In this document: positions 49,949 to 58,303 of the stretch, in pieces | How positions within the stretch are numbered: the first letter of the stretch is position 1 | How the letters are laid out: every line of letters starts with the position of its first letter | NCBI GenBank assembly: GCA_020348445.1 | Contig: CP070751.1 | Coordinates: forward strand, 64,001-128,000 | Length of the DNA stretch: 64,000 nucleotides | From: Thermoplasmata archaeon | GTDB lineage: Archaea; Thermoplasmatota; Thermoplasmata; GCA-020350865 | Direction of reading: 5' to 3' | The notes under the pieces: generated by a model | What the model was told of the DNA's origin: nothing | Seen by the model: the letters and a program-made list of their open reading frames with translations, nothing else | Databases searched by the model: none | Made by a program: the position numbers and the translations under genes

Positions 49949-52900
49949 CTATTCAAATCCCCCGCCAATATCTTCATCCTCGGAAACAGGCTCTGTAATG
50001 TCCGCTTCCAACACTGCCCCTGCTTCCTCTTTTTCCAGGGCTTTCATTTCCATTAGATAATCATCGATCTTCTTATCCAGAATTAGGAAGTGGTTTTCCT
50101 CGAGCTTGCCTTCCTTTACCTCGGCTTTAATGTCCTCCCTAAGAGCGATCAGTTCTTGCTCGCATTCTTGAGGATCCTTTTTATATTTATTGAATGTATC
50201 ATCTATTCTTTCAATATACTGTCGGAGTTTGCTGCGTTTCTTTCTTATAGTTAGGAACCCAATAAGAAATATAATAATTGAAGCTAGGACCGTTAGACCA
50301 GTGACTATTGGTTCCAAGTTTTCCCAGCTAAATAATCCTTTCTCTTCGGGCGCTTTTTCGGTAATAAACGACCAAGTGTGGTTACGCTCAAGACCAATAC
50401 CATCTAAATTCTTCGCTCGTGTGGAGATACTCACATTATATAAGGTTTCATATGCTAATGGAGAGCTAGGAGTAAACTCGAGAGTATGCCCACGCCAAGT
50501 GAATACCCCCTTTACACTTGGAGTTATTGAAAACGCCTGTTCAGTTTCACCCTTTATCATTTCCTCACTAAATGAAACTTCTATGGTCGTACTGACCTTA
50601 ACATCAGTACCTATTGGCGACCAAGACAAATCTACAACATTTGGGTGAGTTATACCGTTAGCTTGGGTTGTTGTAATAAATTGCCAATTGTATTCACGGG
50701 TCATATTATTACCAGCTAAATCCGTCGCATTTCTTGAAATACTCAACTCGTAGATAGTACCAACTGATAAGGGTGAACTAGGTGTAAAAGTTAGAACTGA
50801 TATCCCTTGCCATGAAAATACTCCAGATGTAGTTGGAGAAATCGAAAATGAATCTTCCACTGAGGTTCTATTCATTTCTTCACTAAATACGATGGTAATT
50901 GTTGTATCTATAGGGACATCAGAGCCTTCTGGGGAATAATCAAGTATTGTTGGCGGCCATGTATCATCTTCTGTTATGGTAATACCGATATCAGTTGAAG
51001 GAACAGGCTGTGTATCAGTTTGTCCACTTCCGCCATAATAAGCGATATTGTTCGCTTTATCCACTGCTTTTATGTAGTAATCGATACCATCCAAAGTAAC
51101 TGCACTTCCTGGTATTTCACCAGAGTATGTATTTCCATTGGCAGTCATTTGCTGTTCTGTGTATGACGGATCACTGGATTTTTTATAATACAAAAATGCA
51201 TATTCTACACCACTACCATCATCTGTCACACCTGCAGAAATAATAATTGGGGTGCCTGATGTACCACTGGTAACTGGTGTATGGGTAATTACGGGTAAGC
51301 TCGTGTCATCTGCTACTGTAATATCGATGTCATTTGATGAGATAGGCTCAATATCAATTGGGCCAAAAGCACCATAATATATGATATTGGGTGAATCGGC
51401 ATTGTCAACTGCTTTGATATAATATTCAAGTCCGTCTGTGGTAATGGCAGTTCCAGGTATTTCTACAAAGTAAGTATTTCCATCGGCGCTCATTTGCTGC
51501 TGGGTGTAGGTCGTTTCAATGGGTTTTTTAATGTACAGAAATACATCTTGGATACCGCTATCATCATCCACAACCTCTGCTGTGATATTAATTGGCACAC
51601 CTATAATACCACTGATAACAGGTGTATGGGTGATAGAAGAGGGAGTGGTATCAATATAAACATCTACATAACTTTCATAATAATTTGCAGCTTCATCGTA
51701 AGCTCTTACTGTGATGTTATGGACCCCGTCAGTCTGAGAAGGTATTGTATATGGGCTAGTCTGGGTAGAAAAACCACCACTATCGATCTTTACCTCATAG
51801 CGATTAACACCTGTGGTTACATCTGTAGTAGAGAATGTAATTACTGGTTGGGTATTGCTCGTCCAGCCGCTTGGATCAGCTGTGGGTGTAAAACTGACTG
51901 GAGGCGTGGCATCTATTGTGATGTTCCAGTAGATACTATAAGGTCCCCAGTCACCATCACTGTCTTTTGTCCTTACTTTCCAATACCAGTTACCGTCAGC
52001 AATTGGGAGGATTGGTGTGTACGATGGAGTTCCTGAAGTCCTCTCCCCGCTATTATAATTAACACTACCAAATCCGCTATCATCGTCTATTAGAACCTGA
52101 AAGCCACCGTGAGTGCTGTCTGTATCAAAAAAATTCCAAGTAAACACAGGTTTACTATTGTTTGTGAGAGTATCGTCTGCGGGACTTAACAATTGAGGTT
52201 CTAATGGAATATAATTATAAAATATTGTTATCTCTTCTAAAACAGGTGTATAACTTGTATCTGTGGTTTCTAGATATACCTTGTATTGAATCCACTGGTC
52301 AGAATCATGGACAAACAAGATATCGGTCCCAGGGATTTCATAATAACTTGCGGGAGTTCCGTCAGGACCTAAAAAATCGCCTCCTGAGCTTTGGCTTTTC
52401 AATTGAAATTTGATACTTGTGTTAGTAGGTTCTGCGCCGGTCCAACTTATAGTTGTCCAGTTTACACCATTACCTGCATCAAAAACCTGTGATATTAAAT
52501 TGCCTTCAGATAAGTATTTTGTGAATGAAACATTAATACCATGAACACTTGGAGCGTCTATAGTATCAGATGTAAAGTTCAATTTGTAATAAAAGTGAGA
52601 ACCTAGCCAACTCAAGGATGATAAGTTTATTAAATTCATACCATCATTTAGTAAATCCCATTCATTTTCCGATCCACTAGAATTATACCAATTAATATTA
52701 TTTTGGGAAAATTGTACCTTTATTTTGGTCTTGGATGGTATCGATGTATTACAAGTGAAATTGTTTATCAAATTAGCTTCTTCATCTACAATTAAATTTC
52801 TTGAGGTCAATTCACCGTAATAAAAGGGCACATAACCAGTATCATTGGTTTTAATAAGCCAGACATCAGAGCCTCCGGCACCGTAAGAGGATGTGCCCCC

Positions 52901-54223
52901 GGTGATAATAAAACCGCCATCAGAGGTCTCCCGAACCTCTTGACCATTATCACCTAAACTCCCACCAAATGTTCTATTCCACTGTTCAATTCCCGAAGAA
53001 TTGATTTTAATGAGCCATAAATCTGAGCTTCCAACACTGTAAGAGTTTGTTTTTCCAGTAACGATAAAACCACCATCAGATGTTTCTTGGACTGAATATC
53101 CCCGGTCATCATCGCTTCCACCGAAGCTCTCATTCCACAGTTCATTTCCGGAAGAATCGGTTTTAATTAGCCAGGCATTATAATTATTAGCACCAAAAGA
53201 GTTCGTATATCCTGTCATAATATAGCCGCCATCCGAAGTCTCTTGAACTGAATAACCATAGTCCGATCCTTCCCCACCGAGGGTCTTGTTCCACACCTCA
53301 GAACCTAATCCACTGACTTTTATCACCCATGCATCAGCTTTTCCTGCACCCCAAGATGATGTAGATCCAGTTATAATATAGCCTTTATCCGATGTTACCT
53401 GAACCTCCTGACCGACATCTCCAAAACTCCCGCCGAAGGTCCTATTCCACTTTAAATCACCTCCAGAATCTGTTTTAATCAACCACGCATCATTATTTCC
53501 TGCACCCCAAGATGCTGTTTGCCCGGCGATGATATAACCGCCATCGGGAGTCTGTTGGACTGAGTTTCCAACATCTCCTAAACTCCCGCCGTAGTTATTG
53601 CTCCATTCTTCAACACCAGTGTCATTGGTCTTTATCAGCCATACATCACCATCAGGACTAATAGAGTATGTAACTCCAGTAATGATAAAGCCGCCATCAG
53701 AGGTTTCTTGAACTGATCTGCCTTCATCCTCATCCCACCCTCCACCGAAGGTCGTATTCCACTCCTCATCACCCGTGCTATTGGTTTTTATCAGCCATAC
53801 ATCATAGCCACCGTAAGATAGTGTATACCCCGTGATGATATAACCTCCGTCTGATGTCTGGTTGATAGAATATCCCACATCCTCATCAACCCCACCGAAG
53901 GTCTGATTAATTTTTTTAAGTTTTATTTCACCTAATATGGTATTTATATCTAAGTTCAATTTTTCCTCGATATAATAACAATCGAAGAAATCGTCTTTTA
54001 TATAATTTGCTTGTAAATTAAGTTTCAACTCACCCGTTGATGTAACATTCAAGTCAGTCAATGTCCCGTTATTAAAATCCTGGGCAGTCGTCTGCATCCA
54101 GCTCGAACTAGCAGAAGCGTTCTTGACAAGCGGCTCATCAAAAGGTATCACCTGAAATAAGGACAATATTAGCAATACACCTATGAACCATCGAAATACT
54201 CGTCTTACCTTACGCCCACACAT
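49949..54223 (-). CDS. Array gene 8: 1424-aa surface protein; 7-blade head, 1 short Ig-like repeat, 2 ITHTPV and 2 Big_5-like domains, TM, conserved tail
   Basis: ORF track plus hand count of repeats. Confidence 0.92.
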   Translation of the reverse strand: MCGRKVRRVFRWFIGVLLILSLFQVIPFDEPLVKNASASSSWMQTTAQDFNNGTLTDLNVTSTGELKLNLQANYIKDDFFDCYYIEEKLNLDINTILGEIKLKKINQTFGGVDEDVGYSINQTSDGGYIITGYTLSYGGYDVWLIKTNSTGDEEWNTTFGGGWDEDEGRSVQETSDGGFIITGVTYSISPDGDVWLIKTNDTGVEEWSNNYGGSLGDVGNSVQQTPDGGYIIAGQTASWGAGNNDAWLIKTDSGGDLKWNRTFGGSFGDVGQEVQVTSDKGYIITGSTSSWGAGKADAWVIKVSGLGSEVWNKTLGGEGSDYGYSVQETSDGGYIMTGYTNSFGANNYNAWLIKTDSSGNELWNESFGGSDDDRGYSVQETSDGGFIVTGKTNSYSVGSSDLWLIKINSSGIEQWNRTFGGSLGDNGQEVRETSDGGFIITGGTSSYGAGGSDVWLIKTNDTGYVPFYYGELTSRNLIVDEEANLINNFTCNTSIPSKTKIKVQFSQNNINWYNSSGSENEWDLLNDGMNLINLSSLSWLGSHFYYKLNFTSDTIDAPSVHGINVSFTKYLSEGNLISQVFDAGNGVNWTTISWTGAEPTNTSIKFQLKSQSSGGDFLGPDGTPASYYEIPGTDILFVHDSDQWIQYKVYLETTDTSYTPVLEEITIFYNYIPLEPQLLSPADDTLTNNSKPVFTWNFFDTDSTHGGFQVLIDDDSGFGSVNYNSGERTSGTPSYTPILPIADGNWYWKVRTKDSDGDWGPYSIYWNITIDATPPVSFTPTADPSGWTSNTQPVITFSTTDVTTGVNRYEVKIDSGGFSTQTSPYTIPSQTDGVHNITVRAYDEAANYYESYVDVYIDTTPSSITHTPVISGIIGVPINITAEVVDDDSGIQDVFLYIKKPIETTYTQQQMSADGNTYFVEIPGTAITTDGLEYYIKAVDNADSPNIIYYGAFGPIDIEPISSNDIDITVADDTSLPVITHTPVTSGTSGTPIIISAGVTDDGSGVEYAFLYYKKSSDPSYTEQQMTANGNTYSGEIPGSAVTLDGIDYYIKAVDKANNIAYYGGSGQTDTQPVPSTDIGITITEDDTWPPTILDYSPEGSDVPIDTTITIVFSEEMNRTSVEDSFSISPTTSGVFSWQGISVLTFTPSSPLSVGTIYELSISRNATDLAGNNMTREYNWQFITTTQANGITHPNVVDLSWSPIGTDVKVSTTIEVSFSEEMIKGETEQAFSITPSVKGVFTWRGHTLEFTPSSPLAYETLYNVSISTRAKNLDGIGLERNHTWSFITEKAPEEKGLFSWENLEPIVTGLTVLASIIIFLIGFLTIRKKRSKLRQYIERIDDTFNKYKKDPQECEQELIALREDIKAEVKEGKLEENHFLILDKKIDDYLMEMKALEKEEAGAVLEADITEPVSEDEDIGGGFE
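52835..53908 (-). repeat. 7 x blade repeats (gene 8)
   Basis: Same consensus, counted by hand. Confidence 0.9.
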
Positions 54224-54262
54224 TAGAAGCCCCCTCCGTGTTATTGTAAATCTTATGGATAA

Positions 54263-54291
54263 GATATAATATGGCTATTTAAAATTATCTT
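54263..54291 (-). promoter_or_regulatory. Array promoter copy 8
   Basis: Plus strand gatataatatggctatttaaaattatctt. Confidence 0.8.
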
Positions 54292-54317
54292 CCTTTAAGG
54301 ATGGCTACTCTTCTACC

Positions 54318-57300
54318 TTATTCAAATCCCCCGCTAACCTCTTCTTCCTCAGAAACCGGTTCAGTGATATCCTCCTCTGGAACAGCCTCTGCCTCTCCTT
54401 TTTCCATGACCTTTATTTCTAGTAAAAAGTCGTCAATCTTTTTATCCAAAATCAGAAAGTGGTTTTCCTCGATTTTACCCCTGTGAACGTCCTTTTTAAT
54501 GTCCTCTCTCAGGAGGATTAACTCCTCCTTACAGGTCTTGGGATCTTCCTTGTACTCGTCGAAGGTGTCTTCTATCCTTTCCATATACTGTTTGAGCTTG
54601 CCCCGCTTTTTTCTTACGGCAAGGAATCCAATCAAGAACACAATAATAGATGCTAAAACTGTTACGCCAGTAATAATTGGCTCCCACGTCTCCCAAAACG
54701 GTTTTGCTGCCTCTTCGGGTCGTTTCTCAGTATAGAAACTACTCACATATTCCTCTTCCATATGTTGTCCATTCTCATTTGTGGCATCTATAGATATTGT
54801 AAGGGTATACTTTGTATCGTAATCAAGAGGTTCGCGGGGTTTAAGAACAAGATAGTCTTCTGAACCCCATTGGGGAATAAGTTCAATATATGGCTCGATG
54901 GTGATAGCACCCTCAGTTGTATCTGGATCCATATCTTGAGTGAACTTGATTTCGATTTGGATTCCAACACCAACATCCAACTCATTCTTTTCTGGATCTA
55001 TTGTCTCTACTTCCGGCCCTGTTCCAGGTTCCGGGATAGTGGTAAACTCCCATGATGTCACTGTCCCCAGGGGATTACCAAATAAGTCCTTAGCACCCGT
55101 TCCAATGGTTACATTGTAGGTAGTAAAATAAGCAAGGTCTGAATCAGGATCGAATTTTAAAGTGTTTCCATTCCAACTAAAGGCGCCAAAAACAGATGGT
55201 AAAATCGTAAATGCACTTTGCGTTAATAATTGATTCATTGGTTCACTGAATGTGACTGTTATGTTTGTGGTTACAGCCACATTTGTACCTGTCGGGGTCT
55301 TGCCCGTAATCGATGGAGGAATTATATCCTGGGTTATTTCGATATCGATGTCATTTGATCCAGTGGGTTCTGTGGTAGTCTGGCCACTGGTGCCGTAGTA
55401 GATAATATTAGGGATTTGATCAGAGGCACTGATATAATATTCAAGTCCATCTGAAGTAACTGCTGCTCCAGGGATTTCCACTGAATATGTATCTCCGGTG
55501 TCGGCATTCATTTGCAGCGCAATATAGCTTGAATCGCTCGGTTTTTTATAATAAAGTATTACCTCATCTAAGCCACTTCCAACATCTTCAACAATTGCCT
55601 CGATTTCAATAGGCTCCCCAACTTCACCACTGGTTACAGGAGTGTGGGTTATGGAAGGCAATCCAGTATCGATATAGATGTCTCTATAACCTTCAACATA
55701 ATTTCCAGCTTTGTCGTATGCTCTTACTGTGATGTTATGAATCCCATCGGTCTGAGCCGGTATTGTGTACGGGCTTGTTTGAGTTGAAAAAGCTCCTGAG
55801 TCTATCTTTACCTCATAACGATCAATTGAACTGGTCTTATCTGTTGTAGAGAAATAAATATTAAACTGAGTTTCTGAGGTCCAGGTATCATAATCGGCAG
55901 TGGGAGTAAAACTGTAAGGGGGTGTCGAATCTATCACAAATGTCCAATAGGTGCTGTAGTCTCCCCAATCAAGAACATCATTTTGAGTGCGAACTCTCCA
56001 GTACCAGGTTCCATCATCTATATCGCCTGTGATTTGCCAATGTTCATTACTAGAGGTCTGAAGATCACTATCATAGATTATATCTGAGAAAGTGTCGGCA
56101 TCACTGATTTGAACCTGAAAACCGATTTGGGAACCGATTATATCGTTAAATCTCCAACTGAACTCAGGTGTTGTATCACTTAACAAAGAACCATCGGAAG
56201 GACTGATCAAGTCAGGTGGATATGCGAGAGTGAAGTTATAAAAAATTGTTACATCCTCCAATAAGGGTGTTAAGCTTCTGTCTGCTGTTCTTAAAAATAC
56301 TCTGAACTGCATCCATTGGTCACCATTATGGCCCGGATATATCTCCTCTCCAGGTGATGTATAATACGTATCAGAGGTTCCTCCCCTACCTATATAATTT
56401 ACTAAATCTAATCCCGATTCATCAGAGGCTGTTCGAAGTTGAAATTGAAAATCCAAACCAGAAACTGTTGTTCCGTTCCACTTAATAGCTACCCATCTAA
56501 CAGGTGCAGTGGCATCAAATGATTGCGATTCAAATACGCCTAAATAGTAATATTGACTGAAAGAGAAGTTAATGTTTTGAACACTTGGGGCAGTATCACC
56601 GTACCATTGGAATATCATCCTGTAGTAGAAGTTACCTTGTGTAAAATCCAAGGATGATAGATCAATGGAATTAAAGCCATCGTTTAACAATTGCCCACCA
56701 TCCCAATTATTTAAATCTTCAGAAAATTCAATATATATGCTTCCACTGCCAGAGGTGGGGATTGATACAGTACACTCAAAGGTAGTTAATGAAACCACTT
56801 CTTGACCTTCAAGTAAATTACTTGATATCAATTCACCGTATGTAAATTCAAGATTACCTAAAGAATCGGTTTTTAACAGCCAGACATCTTCAGCACCTGC
56901 GCCATATGAATCTGTAGTACCTGTAATTATATAACCGAAATCAGACGTCTCTGATACTGAGTAACCGTAATCATCCCTGCCTCCACCAAAAGTCTTATTC
57001 CATATCTCACTGCCTGTAGAGTCAGTTTTGATCAACCATAAATCCTCCAAGCCAGAGCCGAAAGATTTGGTCAAACCAGCAATCACAAAATCTCCATCAT
57101 TTGTTATAACAACTGATTGACCTCTATCATCATCAATGCCTCCAAAGGTCTTTTTCCATTCTTCAGATCCGTTGATATCTGTTTTAATCAACCATACATC
57201 GTAATTACCAGCACCATAGGATTTTGTACGGCCAGTGATTATAAAACCACGATCCGAAGTTTCACGAACAGAAGTACCCGCATCAGAATCGGATGAAAAT

Positions 57301-58265
57301 GCACCAAAGGTCCAATTCCAATACTCATTGCCTGAGGAATCGGTTTTAAGAAGCCATAAATCCTCCCATCCAGGTCCAAAAGACCATGTGTATCCTGTTG
57401 CAATATATCCTCCGTCTGAAGTCTGTTGTACAGAATGAAATGCATCACGCATATCTTTATGATCACCGTAAGTTCTATTCCAAAGCTCGTTTCCTGATGA
57501 GGTGGTTTTTATTAACCAAGCATCCCCCTCAGTACCTCCATAGGACTCTGTCATGCCAGCAATTATATATCCGCCGTCTGAGGTCTGATGGAATGAAGTG
57601 CACCAATCAAGTCCATTCCCGCCAAAGGTCATATTCCATTCTTCATGTCCATTTTCATCAGTTTTGATCAGCCAGGCATCAGAACCACCATTACCAAATG
57701 AATTTGTATTTGCAGCAATAATATACCCAAGATCAGAGGTCTGATGAACTGATCTTCCATAATCCCAAAAACCACCACCAAAAGTTCTGTTCCACTGCTC
57801 TATTCCATTTGAATCAGTTTTTATTAACCATACATCGCCCCATACTCCATCCCCATAACTTACTGTTTCTCCCACAAGTATATACCCATCCTCAGATGTC
57901 TGCTGAACTAAAATACCATTATCATGATCATTCCCGCCAAAAGTTCTGTTGAATTTAATTAGCCGAGCTTCACCTAAAGCAGTATCCACGGTAATATTAT
58001 CTTTGTAGCTAATTTTAGATTCATCAATAAAATCATCTTCCACATAATTGCTCTGCAAAGCAAGTTTCACCTCACCAGTAGGTGTAACTGTTACATTTGT
58101 TAAGGTTCCGCTATTGAAATCTCCCGCAGTCGTCTGCACCCAGCTCTCATCTGCAGATACATTCCCAATAAACGGCTCGTCAAAAGGTATTACCTGAACT
58201 ACAGACAATATCAGCAGTACACATATACATACTCGAAATGTTCGCCTCGCCTTGTGCCCACACAT
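54318..58265 (-). CDS. Array gene 9: 1315-aa surface protein; 7-blade head, 1 short Ig-like repeat, 2 Big_5-like domains, TM, conserved tail
   Basis: ORF track plus hand count of repeats. Confidence 0.92.
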   Translation of the reverse strand: MCGHKARRTFRVCICVLLILSVVQVIPFDEPFIGNVSADESWVQTTAGDFNSGTLTNVTVTPTGEVKLALQSNYVEDDFIDESKISYKDNITVDTALGEARLIKFNRTFGGNDHDNGILVQQTSEDGYILVGETVSYGDGVWGDVWLIKTDSNGIEQWNRTFGGGFWDYGRSVHQTSDLGYIIAANTNSFGNGGSDAWLIKTDENGHEEWNMTFGGNGLDWCTSFHQTSDGGYIIAGMTESYGGTEGDAWLIKTTSSGNELWNRTYGDHKDMRDAFHSVQQTSDGGYIATGYTWSFGPGWEDLWLLKTDSSGNEYWNWTFGAFSSDSDAGTSVRETSDRGFIITGRTKSYGAGNYDVWLIKTDINGSEEWKKTFGGIDDDRGQSVVITNDGDFVIAGLTKSFGSGLEDLWLIKTDSTGSEIWNKTFGGGRDDYGYSVSETSDFGYIITGTTDSYGAGAEDVWLLKTDSLGNLEFTYGELISSNLLEGQEVVSLTTFECTVSIPTSGSGSIYIEFSEDLNNWDGGQLLNDGFNSIDLSSLDFTQGNFYYRMIFQWYGDTAPSVQNINFSFSQYYYLGVFESQSFDATAPVRWVAIKWNGTTVSGLDFQFQLRTASDESGLDLVNYIGRGGTSDTYYTSPGEEIYPGHNGDQWMQFRVFLRTADRSLTPLLEDVTIFYNFTLAYPPDLISPSDGSLLSDTTPEFSWRFNDIIGSQIGFQVQISDADTFSDIIYDSDLQTSSNEHWQITGDIDDGTWYWRVRTQNDVLDWGDYSTYWTFVIDSTPPYSFTPTADYDTWTSETQFNIYFSTTDKTSSIDRYEVKIDSGAFSTQTSPYTIPAQTDGIHNITVRAYDKAGNYVEGYRDIYIDTGLPSITHTPVTSGEVGEPIEIEAIVEDVGSGLDEVILYYKKPSDSSYIALQMNADTGDTYSVEIPGAAVTSDGLEYYISASDQIPNIIYYGTSGQTTTEPTGSNDIDIEITQDIIPPSITGKTPTGTNVAVTTNITVTFSEPMNQLLTQSAFTILPSVFGAFSWNGNTLKFDPDSDLAYFTTYNVTIGTGAKDLFGNPLGTVTSWEFTTIPEPGTGPEVETIDPEKNELDVGVGIQIEIKFTQDMDPDTTEGAITIEPYIELIPQWGSEDYLVLKPREPLDYDTKYTLTISIDATNENGQHMEEEYVSSFYTEKRPEEAAKPFWETWEPIITGVTVLASIIVFLIGFLAVRKKRGKLKQYMERIEDTFDEYKEDPKTCKEELILLREDIKKDVHRGKIEENHFLILDKKIDDFLLEIKVMEKGEAEAVPEEDITEPVSEEEEVSGGFE
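56856..57950 (-). repeat. 7 x blade repeats (gene 9)
   Basis: Same consensus, counted by hand. Confidence 0.9.
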
Positions 58266-58303
58266 ATTAGCCCCCTCCGTGGTTGTTTATATCCTCTAGA
58301 TAA

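Noticed and set aside
9799-54735. Recurrent plus-strand ORFs of similar sequence (9799, 13731, 21452, 28152, 40142, 44664, 50190, 54499) opposite the TM and tail
   Set aside because: These are shadow ORFs produced by conservation and codon bias of the sense strand. Their starts, lengths and stops are inconsistent and they have no RBS or promoter.
17590-57950. 156-bp periodic conserved/variable DNA pattern that superficially resembles CRISPR repeat-spacer arrays
   Set aside because: It lies within long open frames, varies at synonymous positions, and no cas genes are present. It is a protein repeat.
9594-58265. Diversity-generating retroelement or invertase-driven shufflon as the source of variation
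   Set aside because: No reverse transcriptase, template repeat, recombinase or inverted cassettes are seen in this window. A trans-acting element elsewhere cannot be excluded.
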